A DNA stretch of 32,000 bases, from NCBI GenBank assembly GCA_028275775.1, contig JAPWTZ010000001.1, positions 47,173-79,172 on the forward strand, read 5' to 3'. Within the stretch, counting starts at the first letter, position 1, and each line of letters begins with the position of its first letter. Below the pieces are notes generated by a model that worked only from the letters and a program-made list of their open reading frames with translations, was not told the origin of the DNA and searched no databases. This stretch comes from Candidatus Nanopusillus sp. Its GTDB lineage: Archaea; Nanobdellota; Nanobdellia; Nanobdellales; Nanobdellaceae. The position numbers were made by a program, and so were the translations under genes. Positions 18,824-28,387 of the stretch are shown here, one piece after another.

Positions 18824-19993
18824 TTATTGATTATAATTCTTTAAAACATAATTTAAGAAAAAGAAAGAAATTCCTAAAATAATAAATGATAAGAATAAAC
18901 CATATTGAACTGAAATATAATAAAGTAATAAAGATCCTATTGCACCACCCAAATTTCTAAATAAATATACATTTCCAAATTTTTGTGGATAATTTAATAT
19001 TATATAATTATCAAAGAAATACTGAAACATTGTCCATGAAAATGCTGCTAATATAAATAATATTAACAATACTATAGCATTATATATTTTTGATAAAGAT
19101 AATATTAAAGATAATAAAATTATAATACCTATTAAAAATCTAGAAAGTATTCCTATTTTTATATTTCTAAAATTAATTTCTCTTTTATATATTTTATATA
19201 ATATTGATGTATACAATCCATTTATGAATAATAAAAATGGAAAAATTATAGATAAAGAAAACATATTTACAGAATAAACTAAAGATGTCCAAACTAAAGA
19301 AAATCCAATCAAAACAAATAGATTATATAATTCTAAATATCCCATTCTTAACTTTTTTATATTTAATGGGAATATTAAACCTTCAAATATGGGATATATA
19401 ACTCCAAATTTATCTATATTATTTTCTGCAACCGAAAACATTTTATCAATTCTTTCCAACAAATTTAGTTCATATGCTGATGAAAATATGAATAAATATA
19501 ATTTTCTATATATAATGATCATTATAGATAATAACAACAAAATAGCAACAATATATATATTATAAATTAATGAAAGAAAAAGAAGAGAAATTTGAGGTAT
19601 TATTTCTCCAAAAGTCCAGTAAATATTAAAATGGAAATTTAAACTTACATCTTTATAATATAATAAAAATGAAAAGTATGTGGATGAATATGTAATACTA
19701 AATAATAAGAATGATAATATTAATAGATAAACATTTGGATAAATTAATAATATAGAAGATAGAAGAGGTCCTATTATGCCAATCATTGCAATATTAATAT
19801 AATTTTTATCATTTATTTTAATATTTCCAAATATTGCAGAACTTACTATTGACCCTATATAGGATATAGCAACTAAAGAATAATATACACTAGATGGAAA
19901 ATTAAAATAATATGGGTAAACAAAAAACAAACTATTTAACATTCCTCCAACTAAATTATTACTAATTATAATAATTTTTTCTTTGTAGTTCAT
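18824..19993 (-). CDS. Polytopic membrane protein (possibly MFS-like transporter)
   Basis: 389 aa with about 10-12 hydrophobic segments. No specific motif recognised. Confidence 0.55.
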   Translation of the reverse strand: MNYKEKIIIISNNLVGGMLNSLFFVYPYYFNFPSSVYYSLVAISYIGSIVSSAIFGNIKINDKNYINIAMIGIIGPLLSSILLIYPNVYLLILSFLLFSITYSSTYFSFLLYYKDVSLNFHFNIYWTFGEIIPQISLLFLSLIYNIYIVAILLLLSIMIIIYRKLYLFIFSSAYELNLLERIDKMFSVAENNIDKFGVIYPIFEGLIFPLNIKKLRMGYLELYNLFVLIGFSLVWTSLVYSVNMFSLSIIFPFLLFINGLYTSILYKIYKREINFRNIKIGILSRFLIGIIILLSLILSLSKIYNAIVLLILFILAAFSWTMFQYFFDNYIILNYPQKFGNVYLFRNLGGAIGSLLLYYISVQYGLFLSFIILGISFFFLNYVLKNYNQ

Positions 19994-20610
19994 TTTATTA
20001 TATCCCTAAACTTTTCTTTTAATATATTTCCTAGAGCTATGCCCATAGCAATTGAAATAGAAATAACTATTCCACCAAAAAGTATTATAAACATATAGAA
20101 AAGAACGGGAGATAGAAGATTTAAATAACTAAGTGTTAATACTAGTACAAAGAATAAAACAATAAATCTTATTGAACCCAATATAAAGTTTACATATTTA
20201 AAATCCTGAATTGCAGGATATAAAAAGGATCTTAATATAAATTCCATCATTGCATATGAAATTATTATCACTACTATTATTATCAATAAATTATCTAATA
20301 TATCAAAAATTAGTATTCCTATATTACTAATATATGGAATTATATAAAATGAAAATCCAATGAAATAAAAGTATATGAAGAACTTAGCTATATTTACTAT
20401 TAGATCTGTAAGAGAATATGTTGTCATTATTTGTTTATCTTGCAACCATTTATCAAGACCAAGAACTTTTTTCAATATTATTTTAAGTATTAATGCTATA
20501 AGTTTTCCTATAAAATATCCAATTATTATAATAGAGACAGAAATTAATATTATTTTTAACATATCATAGTTAAATATTTGAAATATTTGATTAACCGTAT
20601 TTTCCAGCAT
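19990..20610 (-). CDS. Membrane protein with repeated conserved-TM-helix-like segments
   Basis: 206 aa. The segment IIIIGYFIGKLIALILKIILKKVLGLDKWL resembles the TM_helix repeat seen N-terminal to MscS-type channels. Weak call. Confidence 0.5.
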   Translation of the reverse strand: MLENTVNQIFQIFNYDMLKIILISVSIIIIGYFIGKLIALILKIILKKVLGLDKWLQDKQIMTTYSLTDLIVNIAKFFIYFYFIGFSFYIIPYISNIGILIFDILDNLLIIIVVIIISYAMMEFILRSFLYPAIQDFKYVNFILGSIRFIVLFFVLVLTLSYLNLLSPVLFYMFIILFGGIVISISIAMGIALGNILKEKFRDIIK

Positions 20611-20705
20611 AATATTATCTAAAAAATGGTAATTTATAAATTCATAGTCCTATTAAAATTGATATAACTTTTAAATAGTAAAATAATTTTACTACTAAAT
20701 TAAAA

Positions 20706-20778
20706 TAGCCCCGCGGGGATTCGAACCCCGGTCTCAGGGACCAAAACCCTGAATCCTAGACCACTAGACGACGGGGCT
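20706..20778 (-). tRNA. tRNA-Gln (anticodon UUG)
   Basis: Reverse complement is AGCCCCGTCGTCTAGTGGTCTAGGATTCAGGGTTTTGGTCCCTGAGACCGGGGTTCGAATCCCCGCGGGGCTA. It folds as a cloverleaf with anticodon stem CAGGG/CCCTG and loop TTTTGGT. No CCA encoded, no intron. Confidence 0.9.
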
Positions 20779-20832
20779 ATATAGCATATCATATTCTTTA
20801 AATTTAATAATATTTTTATTAAACAATTTTAT

Positions 20833-21849
20833 ATGAATGATACTGAAATGCTTAATTTTTTTAAATTAAGAGATAATCCTTTTAAATTAGAAGTAATTTT
20901 AGAAACTTTCGTTGGATATAATTTAGAAAGAACAAAATTATTAAATTCAATAAATAATAAAGAAAAAATTGTTTTAGTTTCTGGCCCTACTGGAGCAGGA
21001 AAAACAACATTATTATTATGGATATATAATAATCTTAAAACAAAAAATAAAATATATATTTATAGACCTTTTCAAAAAATAGAAGAATTTGAGAAGTATT
21101 TTATTGACAGATTATCCTTTTTTGAAAGAATAATATATAAATTCAAGAAATTTAATATAGTAGAATATTTAAATAAGAAAAATTTGATAATATTTTTAGA
21201 CGAAGCTACATTTTGTGATGATAATATTTTAGAATGGATAAAAATTATATCAGATCAAACAAATTGCACATTTATATTAGCGGGTTTGCCAGAATTTGAA
21301 GAAAGATTATTAAAGGAACATAGAACTTTGTATGAAAGAATTATTACAAAAATATATTTAAAATCTCTTGATCCAGAAAGCGGTAAATTATTAATTAAAA
21401 AAAGATTAGAACTCGCAGGTAATCCAAATCTGTTTACAGAAGATGCAATAGAAGAAATATATAATTTATCTGGAGGTCTACCAAGAGAAATATTGAAATA
21501 TTCATATGAAGCATTATTAATTGCATATAGAGAAAGAAAAAATATTATAGATAAAGATATTGTAGAAAAAATATATGAAGCAAAGAAACCTCCAACGGAT
21601 TTATTAAAATTAACAGAAAAACAAAGATATATAGTAGAATTGATAACAAAATATGGCCCAAAAACTGTTAATGAATTATTAAAATTATTTAGAGAAAGGT
21701 ATTCTGATACAACAATTCATGCAATATCAAATATATTAAAAAGAATGACTGAAAGTAAAATATTAATTAGGACAAAAGTAAAAGGTAAATTTGTATATGA
21801 TGTTGTACCTGCAATAAAAGATTATTTTATAAGAGAAATAAATAAATGA
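20833..21849 (+). CDS. AAA+ ATPase (ExeA/ORC-like) with C-terminal winged-helix domain
   Basis: 338 aa. N-terminal NPF motif, Walker A SGPTGAGKTT, Walker B IIFLDEA, sensor-2-like SGGLPREIL, and a C-terminal wHTH-like LTEKQRYIVELI...ILKRMTESKILIR. Confidence 0.7.
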   Translation: MNDTEMLNFFKLRDNPFKLEVILETFVGYNLERTKLLNSINNKEKIVLVSGPTGAGKTTLLLWIYNNLKTKNKIYIYRPFQKIEEFEKYFIDRLSFFERIIYKFKKFNIVEYLNKKNLIIFLDEATFCDDNILEWIKIISDQTNCTFILAGLPEFEERLLKEHRTLYERIITKIYLKSLDPESGKLLIKKRLELAGNPNLFTEDAIEEIYNLSGGLPREILKYSYEALLIAYRERKNIIDKDIVEKIYEAKKPPTDLLKLTEKQRYIVELITKYGPKTVNELLKLFRERYSDTTIHAISNILKRMTESKILIRTKVKGKFVYDVVPAIKDYFIREINK

Positions 21850-22766
21850 AATGTAGTTTTTGTAATAATAATGCAATATATAAAGATATTGATGGAAATT
21901 ATTATTGCAAAGACCATTTTATAAAATATTTTGAGGAAAAAACAATAAACACAATTGAAAAATATAAATTAATAAAACCTGGAGAAAGAATTGGTGTTGG
22001 AGTTTCTGGAGGAAAAGATTCAAATGCATTATTATTTTTCTTAAATAAATATAAAGAATATTTTGATATTGAAGTTTTTGGAATCCATATTGATGAAGGA
22101 ATAAAGGGTTATAGAGATAAAGATACAGAAAAGTTATTAGAAATTTCAAAAAAATATAATTTAAATGTAAAAATATATAGATTCACTGAATATTTTAATA
22201 CTAGATTAGATGAAGCAGTAAAAATATCAAAAGAATATAAAGCATGTACAATTTGTGGTGTATGGAGAAGGTGGCTAATGTGGAAAGCTGCAAAAGATTT
22301 AAATTTGGATAAATTTGCAACTGCACATAATTTAAATGATGAAGTTCAAACTATTTTAATGAATATTTTTGAAGGAAATTTAAAGGATTTATTAAAAGAA
22401 GGTCCATATGTAGGAATAATTGAAGAAGATTTTATTCCAAGAATTAAACCCTTTTATTTTAATACAGAAAAAGAAAATATGTTATATTCAATATTAAATA
22501 ATTTGGAGCCACCTTTTGGAGAATGTCCATTTATTGTTGGTGAATTTAGAGATATAATTAGATCAAAATTATATAAGTTAGAAGATAAATATCCTGGATT
22601 TCATAGAAATTTCTTAAGAAATATTTTAGAAATAATATATAAAGCTAAAAGTGATTATAAAATGAAAAATATAATAAAATTAAGAAAATGTAGAATTTGT
22701 GGATATCCAACTACTAGGGAAATATGCAGAGCATGTGAAATAAAATTAAGAATAAATAATATTTAA
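21846..22766 (+). CDS. ttuA: tRNA 2-thiolation PP-loop ATPase, TtuA/NcsA family
   Basis: 306 aa. N-terminal zinc finger CSFC...CKDH, PP-loop SGGKDS, Fe-S ligand candidates CTIC and GECP, C-terminal CRIC...CRAC zinc finger. Confidence 0.8.
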   Translation: MKCSFCNNNAIYKDIDGNYYCKDHFIKYFEEKTINTIEKYKLIKPGERIGVGVSGGKDSNALLFFLNKYKEYFDIEVFGIHIDEGIKGYRDKDTEKLLEISKKYNLNVKIYRFTEYFNTRLDEAVKISKEYKACTICGVWRRWLMWKAAKDLNLDKFATAHNLNDEVQTILMNIFEGNLKDLLKEGPYVGIIEEDFIPRIKPFYFNTEKENMLYSILNNLEPPFGECPFIVGEFRDIIRSKLYKLEDKYPGFHRNFLRNILEIIYKAKSDYKMKNIIKLRKCRICGYPTTREICRACEIKLRINNI

Positions 22767-22839
22767 AAATATTTAATTCTTTTTTATTAGAAATTATATA
22801 AATATTTAAAAGAATTTTGAATATTTATTATTTTTTATC

Positions 22840-24132
22840 ATGAAAAATTATCTATCATGTCTAAATGAAAAAAGTTATGAAGATTATTTTCAATGTATTA
22901 GGGAATATATAAACTCTAAGAATTCTTTTGAAGGAGCTTCATATTTTATAAAGATAGGATCAAAAACGGAGGCAATAGACAAGAGGCTAATATTTCCTAC
23001 AATATATAGATATATTACATTAGGATACCATACTTTGCCTGAAGATTCATATCTTATAGTATCATTAAGAAAAAGAACTTCTACAGGAATTGATACTATA
23101 GAATATATTACAAATATTGGAAAAAGAAGAAATGATATATATCTTGACAACTTTAGAACAAAGCTTCCTGAGTCAATTTTATTAAGAAATTCAAAAGATA
23201 ATGAAGAGCAGAAAAAATTAATAGAAGTTAGGCCATATGATTTTAAAACAAAAGAAGATATAATAAAATTAGAAAAACGTTTAAGGAAAAAACTTGATAA
23301 TGAATTTCCAGTTCCATTACCTTTTTCTCTTATATTATTAATTAATAATCCAGAGTATTTTCCAAATATATATTATATAAGTAAACCTTATACATGCACT
23401 GAAAAAAATTCAGAATTTTCATATATATTTAAAATAATATTTAAGACTTCTGGTACTATCAAAAAATCAATAAAATTATTTAATGATAATTTATGTTTTC
23501 TTTCAATTATAGAATTTATAGATTCTCCAACTATAGAGCCTCATGCATTAGGTTTGGACTATCGTTTTGAATTAGAAAAAGAAAATTTAAATAGATTTGA
23601 AATTCAAGTAAAATATGATGAATTTGAATTTAGAATTTATAATTCTATAATAGAAGTAGCAAAAGCAATTTCAAAATTAATGTTTTCACCAGCTGATATT
23701 AAAACATATCAGGTTGTTACAGAAGATAATAAAACAATATTCATAGATATTGCATCGGGGAATAATTTACCAATAAATCAAAGGGGATTATATAAAACTA
23801 TATTGGATGCTATTGACGGCATTGCAGAAAGTATATATTATTCTCCATTATTAGATCACTGTATAATGAAGGATAAATATATTATTTGCAATGAAAAAAT
23901 AACAAAATCTGATTTGCCAGAAAAATTAACAAGAAATCTTAATCTTGATGAGATATTATATACATACAAAAATACATCAAGTAAAAAAATTAATGAATTA
24001 ATTAAATATGCAAAAATCAAAGATACCAGATTATTAGATATAATTATAGAACATAAAAAAGATGAATTTGAAGAAAATAGAGAAATTGTATCAAGAGCAA
24101 TAGAATTATACTTAAGAAGTTATAATAATTAG
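22840..24132 (+). CDS. Hypothetical protein, no recognisable domain
   Basis: 430-aa uninterrupted ORF in a stop-codon-rich A/T background. No motif recognised. Confidence 0.6.
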   Translation: MKNYLSCLNEKSYEDYFQCIREYINSKNSFEGASYFIKIGSKTEAIDKRLIFPTIYRYITLGYHTLPEDSYLIVSLRKRTSTGIDTIEYITNIGKRRNDIYLDNFRTKLPESILLRNSKDNEEQKKLIEVRPYDFKTKEDIIKLEKRLRKKLDNEFPVPLPFSLILLINNPEYFPNIYYISKPYTCTEKNSEFSYIFKIIFKTSGTIKKSIKLFNDNLCFLSIIEFIDSPTIEPHALGLDYRFELEKENLNRFEIQVKYDEFEFRIYNSIIEVAKAISKLMFSPADIKTYQVVTEDNKTIFIDIASGNNLPINQRGLYKTILDAIDGIAESIYYSPLLDHCIMKDKYIICNEKITKSDLPEKLTRNLNLDEILYTYKNTSSKKINELIKYAKIKDTRLLDIIIEHKKDEFEENREIVSRAIELYLRSYNN

Positions 24133-24161
24133 TTTTTAAATTTTTCTATAATTCAAAAAAT

Positions 24162-24578
24162 ATGAATAATATAGATATAATGAAAGAATTTTTATATACA
24201 CTTTTACTGCTATTTTCTATAGAAACATTTTTGGATTTAATATCATTTATTATATATCCATCAATTTTCACAAATTACATTAATATTTCTGTTGAAATTT
24301 TCTTATTTATAATTTTGTTATTATCAATATTTTCAATTTATTTAATAAGAAAGGATAATTTATATGGTTATATAATTTCATTGTTTATATCTATATTAAT
24401 TTTATTTTCAGCTTTTACATTAAATTCTAATAATATAATAGATATAGCAGTAAGAAATGTAGCATCTAATTATGGTATATATCCAAACCCAATAATATTA
24501 TTTTTTGGTATTTCAATATTTTTAATAAGCATAAGAAAAATAATTCAATTAAGAAAGACTAAAATTTTTTCAACTTAG
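24162..24578 (+). CDS. Small integral membrane protein (4 predicted TM segments)
   Basis: 138 aa, hydrophobic throughout. Its 3' end overlaps the convergent rpoN by 20 nt. Confidence 0.5.
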   Translation: MNNIDIMKEFLYTLLLLFSIETFLDLISFIIYPSIFTNYINISVEIFLFIILLLSIFSIYLIRKDNLYGYIISLFISILILFSAFTLNSNNIIDIAVRNVASNYGIYPNPIILFFGISIFLISIRKIIQLRKTKIFST

Positions 24579-24756
24579 CAATTATCTCTATTTGTTGAAC
24601 ATGTCCTAAAAATATTTGTCTGCAACAAGCTCTTTCCAATCCTAATTCATCTAAAGCTTCCTTCATTGTTTTACCCTCATTTAATAATTTGATATATCTT
24701 TCATATAAATGTCCAATTGGTTTTCCACATGTAAAACATCTAATAGGTATTATCAT
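24559..24756 (-). CDS. rpoN: DNA-directed RNA polymerase subunit N (Rpo10/RpoN)
   Basis: 65 aa. [15 protein letters not shown]...[10 protein letters not shown] is the zinc-bundle signature of RpoN/Rpb10. Confidence 0.9.
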   Translation of the reverse strand: MIIPIRCFTCGKPIGHLYERYIKLLNEGKTMKEALDELGLERACCRQIFLGHVQQIEIIAKLKKF

Positions 24757-24788
24757 AGTATTAGAATTTTCAAAACATTTTTATAAAT

Positions 24789-25991
24789 TTATGCATTTGC
24801 AATTATTTGAATTACATCTCTATGTTTTAATATATAATCTTTTCCTAAAAATTTTCTTGTCCTAACATCTATAGCTCTTACAAAATTTTTTGCCAAATCA
24901 GAATGTATTTTATTTGCAAAATCTATTATAGTACTCCCTGGAGGCATTAAAAAGCAATCTGGCAATATTCTTCCTTCTTTATCTGCTAAAGAATCTACTC
25001 CTCCAGGAAATACTGCTACATATTTTAAAACATCAAATACAGTTATATCTAAAATATTTTGAACACCTGTACTTCCAAATTCTTTAAATATATAATTTTC
25101 AATAAATTCTAAAGCTTTCTTTTCTTTATCATTTAAATCCCCTTTAATTTCAAAATAATTTTCTCCAGGTATATAAAATATTTTTCCTTGTTTATCCAAT
25201 TCTTTTAATATTAATTCTGCATAACCTGATGTAGGTACTATAACTTTATCTGGATATTCTTTCTTTAATCTTTCCAGATTTTTCTTTGCAATATCTATAT
25301 TTATATCTACTCTGTTTGCTGCAATAACAATTGGTTTTGATATTTTTCTAATTTCAGATGCAAGTTCAAATAATTTTTTATCATCATTTATTATATCATA
25401 ATCTTCTGAATTAATTTTCAATTCATTAAATGCTTTTGATACATGCTCTTCTTTAACATTTAATCCAGAAATTAATTTTGCTAATTCTTTATCCAATTCC
25501 AAATGTTCATTCTTTATTTTTCTTATATTTCTTTCCAAATTTTTCTTTATTACACTATAAAACCACCAATCTATTTCTTCTTCATACCATTTTACATCCT
25601 TTATTGGATCATAATTTCCAGGACCAATATATTGCCCCTCTTCATTTGTCGAACCAGAAATATCTATTACATGTATTAATGCATCTGCTTGTCTTACATC
25701 ATCTAAAAATTTATTACCTAAACCTCTACCTTCATGTGCACCAGGAACCAATCCTGCTATATCTAATATTTCTATTGGAACAAATCTATATTTTCCTTTT
25801 ATGAAACCATATCTTGGATTTGATTTAACATTAAATTCTGGTCCAACATCTTCTACTCTAACATATCCGTAACCTTTATTTGGTTCTATTGTAGTAAATG
25901 GATAATTTGCAATTGCAACATCTTGTAATGTTATTGCTTTAAACATTGTAGACTTTCCAACATTTGGTTTTCCAGTAATACCTATTTGCAT
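24789..25991 (-). CDS. Obg-family GTPase/ATPase, archaeal YchF-like with C-terminal TGS domain
   Basis: 400 aa. G1 GKPNVGKST, NYPFTTIEPN, G3 DIAGLV, and a C-terminal TGS-like ending KDYILKHRDVIQI. Confidence 0.8.
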   Translation of the reverse strand: MQIGITGKPNVGKSTMFKAITLQDVAIANYPFTTIEPNKGYGYVRVEDVGPEFNVKSNPRYGFIKGKYRFVPIEILDIAGLVPGAHEGRGLGNKFLDDVRQADALIHVIDISGSTNEEGQYIGPGNYDPIKDVKWYEEEIDWWFYSVIKKNLERNIRKIKNEHLELDKELAKLISGLNVKEEHVSKAFNELKINSEDYDIINDDKKLFELASEIRKISKPIVIAANRVDINIDIAKKNLERLKKEYPDKVIVPTSGYAELILKELDKQGKIFYIPGENYFEIKGDLNDKEKKALEFIENYIFKEFGSTGVQNILDITVFDVLKYVAVFPGGVDSLADKEGRILPDCFLMPPGSTIIDFANKIHSDLAKNFVRAIDVRTRKFLGKDYILKHRDVIQIIANA

Positions 25992-26025
25992 TATAATTTA
26001 ATAATTAGAATCTTTTTAAAATAAA

Positions 26026-26100
26026 TAGCGGGGGGAGGATTTGAACCTCCGACCTGGGGGTTATGAGCCCCCCGGGCACTCCTGGCTGCCCTACCCCGCT
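26026..26100 (-). tRNA. tRNA-Met (anticodon CAU), initiator-type
   Basis: Reverse complement is AGCGGGGTAGGGCAGCCAGGAGTGCCCGGGGGGCTCATAACCCCCAGGTCGGAGGTTCAAATCCTCCCCCCGCTA. A1:U72 pair, all-G:C anticodon stem, loop CTCATAA. No CCA encoded. Confidence 0.9.
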
Positions 26101-26125
26101 ATATTAAATAAATAATTATCAAAAA

Positions 26126-26132
26126 ATATAAA
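26126..26132 (-). promoter_or_regulatory. Candidate TATA box (TTTATAT) at -32 to -26 of tRNA-iMet
   Basis: This position would place the transcription start at or next to tRNA nucleotide +1. In such A/T-rich DNA, TATA-like strings are common, so this is weak. Confidence 0.3.
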
Positions 26133-26137
26133 AAAGA

Positions 26138-26428
26138 TTATTGTTTCTTAATAAGTACAATTTCTATACTTGATATCCTTCTCTTTTTACCACTTTGATC
26201 CACCTGTCTTTCTTCAGAATCTATACTTATACTTTTTATATCAACCTGTCCTGCCATAAATTTCTTCCTTATTACTTCTGCTACATCTACTGCTCTAGAT
26301 ATATATCTTCCCCTTGCCTTAATTACAACTTCCTTTGCATCTTGGCTTGTAAATTGCATTGCTACTGCTGTTACATAGTTCATAAATGGTTTATTTCCTA
26401 TATATATTATTGCTTGTTCCGCCATCAT
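26138..26428 (-). CDS. albA: DNA/RNA-binding protein Alba
   Basis: 96 aa. IYIGNKPFMNYVTAV...VVIKARGRYISRAVDVAEVIRKKF is the Alba signature. Its start overlaps the S17e stop (ATGA). Confidence 0.9.
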   Translation of the reverse strand: MMAEQAIIYIGNKPFMNYVTAVAMQFTSQDAKEVVIKARGRYISRAVDVAEVIRKKFMAGQVDIKSISIDSEERQVDQSGKKRRISSIEIVLIKKQ

Positions 26429-26619
26429 GAGCTTTGTAATTTCTTAATTTGCCTTGTTATATATCCAGCCAACATATTTCTTAATCTTTTTGATGGAATT
26501 TCAGCTACAACTTCTAATATTCTTACATTTTTCTTATAATCTGTAGTAAATAAATTCAAATATTTTTCTAATATTTTATTAGCTTCTCTTCTAAATTTAC
26601 CATGAAGGATTCTACCCAT
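26425..26619 (-). CDS. rps17e: 30S ribosomal protein S17e
   Basis: 64 aa. MGRI...FRREANKILEKY...SKRLRNMLAGYITRQIK matches the S17e pattern. Confidence 0.85.
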   Translation of the reverse strand: MGRILHGKFRREANKILEKYLNLFTTDYKKNVRILEVVAEIPSKRLRNMLAGYITRQIKKLQSS

Positions 26620-26672
26620 AATTCTTTATTATAAAAATTAAATTTATAAAAAGATAGTAAACTATAATAAAA

Positions 26673-27188
26673 ATGAAAGCTGGAAAACAACCTCCGGAGG
26701 ATATAAATGTATTCATAGAAATACCAAGAGGTAGCAATATAAAATATGAATTTGATGAAGAAGAGAAAGTAATAAAAGTAGATAGAATATTATATACAGC
26801 AATGTTTTATCCATTTAATTATGGATTTATACCAGAAACTTTAGAAGAAGATGGAGATCCATTAGATGCCTTAGTTATTACATATGAATCATTTATTCCT
26901 GGAGTATTAATAAGGGCAAGACCAATTGGTGTATTAGTAACAGAAGATGAAAATGGAATTGATAGAAAAATAATTGCAGTACCACATGAAAAAATAGATC
27001 CAAAATTTTCAAATATAAAAGATATAAAAGATTTACCAGAAGCAATATTAAATCAAATAAAGCATTTTTATGAACATTATAAAGAATTGGAACCTGGAAA
27101 ATTTGTTAAAGTTAAAGAATTTAAAGGAAGGGGGGATGCATTAAAGATAATTAATGAGGCAATAGATAGGTTTAAAAATAAGAAATAA
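26673..27188 (+). CDS. ppa: Inorganic pyrophosphatase (family I)
   Basis: 171 aa. Motifs [31 protein letters not shown]. Confidence 0.9.
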   Translation: MKAGKQPPEDINVFIEIPRGSNIKYEFDEEEKVIKVDRILYTAMFYPFNYGFIPETLEEDGDPLDALVITYESFIPGVLIRARPIGVLVTEDENGIDRKIIAVPHEKIDPKFSNIKDIKDLPEAILNQIKHFYEHYKELEPGKFVKVKEFKGRGDALKIINEAIDRFKNKK

Positions 27189-27201
27189 TAAATATTTTTT
27201 A

Positions 27202-27250
27202 GTGAAGAAGCATTACGCTTCTGAAAAATGATGAAAAAATATTTTTCTGA
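27202..27250 (+). ncRNA. Box C/D sRNA candidate filling the ppa-methyltransferase spacer
   Basis: C box GTGAAGA 27202-27208 (one deviation from RUGAUGA), then 12-nt guide AGCATTACGCTT. D' box CTGA 27221-27224, then spacer AAA. C' box ATGATGA 27228-27234, then 12-nt guide AAAAATATTTTT. D box CTGA 27247-27250. Confidence 0.6.
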
Positions 27251-28320
27251 TGATAATTAAAAAGAGTTTTGAAGAACATTTTAAAGAATTATTAGGAGAT
27301 AAATATGAATTGTTTTTAGAATGGTCTTTTAAATTATTAAAAAAATCTATAAGAATAAATACAATAAAAGTAAAGGATAATATAAATTTTGAAAACTTAA
27401 AAGAAATATTATTATCAAAACAAGATCATTTAAAAGAAAAAGAATTAAGAGATATATCTGAAAAAATTGATAATTTATATAATTTAAAGCAAAATCCTTT
27501 TAATTTAAATATAAATGCAAAAGAAGTATTATCAAGATTAAAAGAATATGGGTGGGAAATTGAAAGAATACCTTTTTATAAATATGGATTTTGGATAAAA
27601 GGAGAAAGAAGGGATATTGGAAATACTGTAGAATTCCAGTTAGGATATTATTATCCACAAGAAGCTGCATCAATGATACCACCTTTAGCATTGGATTTAA
27701 AAAAAGATGATCTAGTTTTAGATATAGCAGCTGCACCAGGTTCTAAAACAACACAAATTGCAATGCATATGGAAAATGAAGGATTGATAATTGCAAATGA
27801 TATATCAATTGATAGAATTAAAGCATTAAGTGAAAATTTACAAAAGATGGGTGTAATAAATACAATTGTAACAATGATGGATGGAAGAAAATTATATAAG
27901 TTAAATTTAAAATTTGATAAAATTCTATTAGATGCTCCATGTTCTGGAACTGGTGCAATAAGGAAATCATATAAAACATTAAAGATATGGAATGAAGATA
28001 CAATAAATAGATTGGCAAATTTACAAAAGAAATTATTATTAACTGCCTTTGATTTATTAAAGGATAATGGAATTTTAGTTTATTCTACATGCTCTGTTGA
28101 ACCATTAGAAAATGAATTTGTAATAGATTATTTATTATCTAAAAGAGAAAATGCTAAAATTGAAAAAATAAAAATACCAAACTTAAAGAAATCTGAAATA
28201 ATTTCTGAATATAATGGATATAAATTAGAACATGAAGAAGAAATAAAAAATACAATAAGATTATGGCCTTGGGATAATGATACAGAAGGTTTTTATATTG
28301 CTAAGATAAGAAAAATATAA
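27250..28320 (+). CDS. NOL1/NOP2/Sun-family RNA (cytosine-C5) methyltransferase
   Basis: 356 aa. SAM motif DIAAAPGSKTT, catalytic motifs LLDAPCSGTG and LVYSTCS. Confidence 0.9.
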   Translation: MIIKKSFEEHFKELLGDKYELFLEWSFKLLKKSIRINTIKVKDNINFENLKEILLSKQDHLKEKELRDISEKIDNLYNLKQNPFNLNINAKEVLSRLKEYGWEIERIPFYKYGFWIKGERRDIGNTVEFQLGYYYPQEAASMIPPLALDLKKDDLVLDIAAAPGSKTTQIAMHMENEGLIIANDISIDRIKALSENLQKMGVINTIVTMMDGRKLYKLNLKFDKILLDAPCSGTGAIRKSYKTLKIWNEDTINRLANLQKKLLLTAFDLLKDNGILVYSTCSVEPLENEFVIDYLLSKRENAKIEKIKIPNLKKSEIISEYNGYKLEHEEEIKNTIRLWPWDNDTEGFYIAKIRKI

Positions 28321-28387
28321 TTTTGATATAAATTATTTATTATATTTTTCTTTGCTAATTCAATTCAATAATCATTGGCTTAAAAAT

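Noticed and set aside
27206-27222. Hairpin AGAAGC-AUUAC-GCUUCU read as an intrinsic terminator of ppa
   Set aside because: It is not followed by a T run (the T6 tract at 27195-27200 precedes it), and the surrounding sequence fits the box C/D architecture with exact 12-nt spacings. I kept it as a caveat in the sRNA finding.
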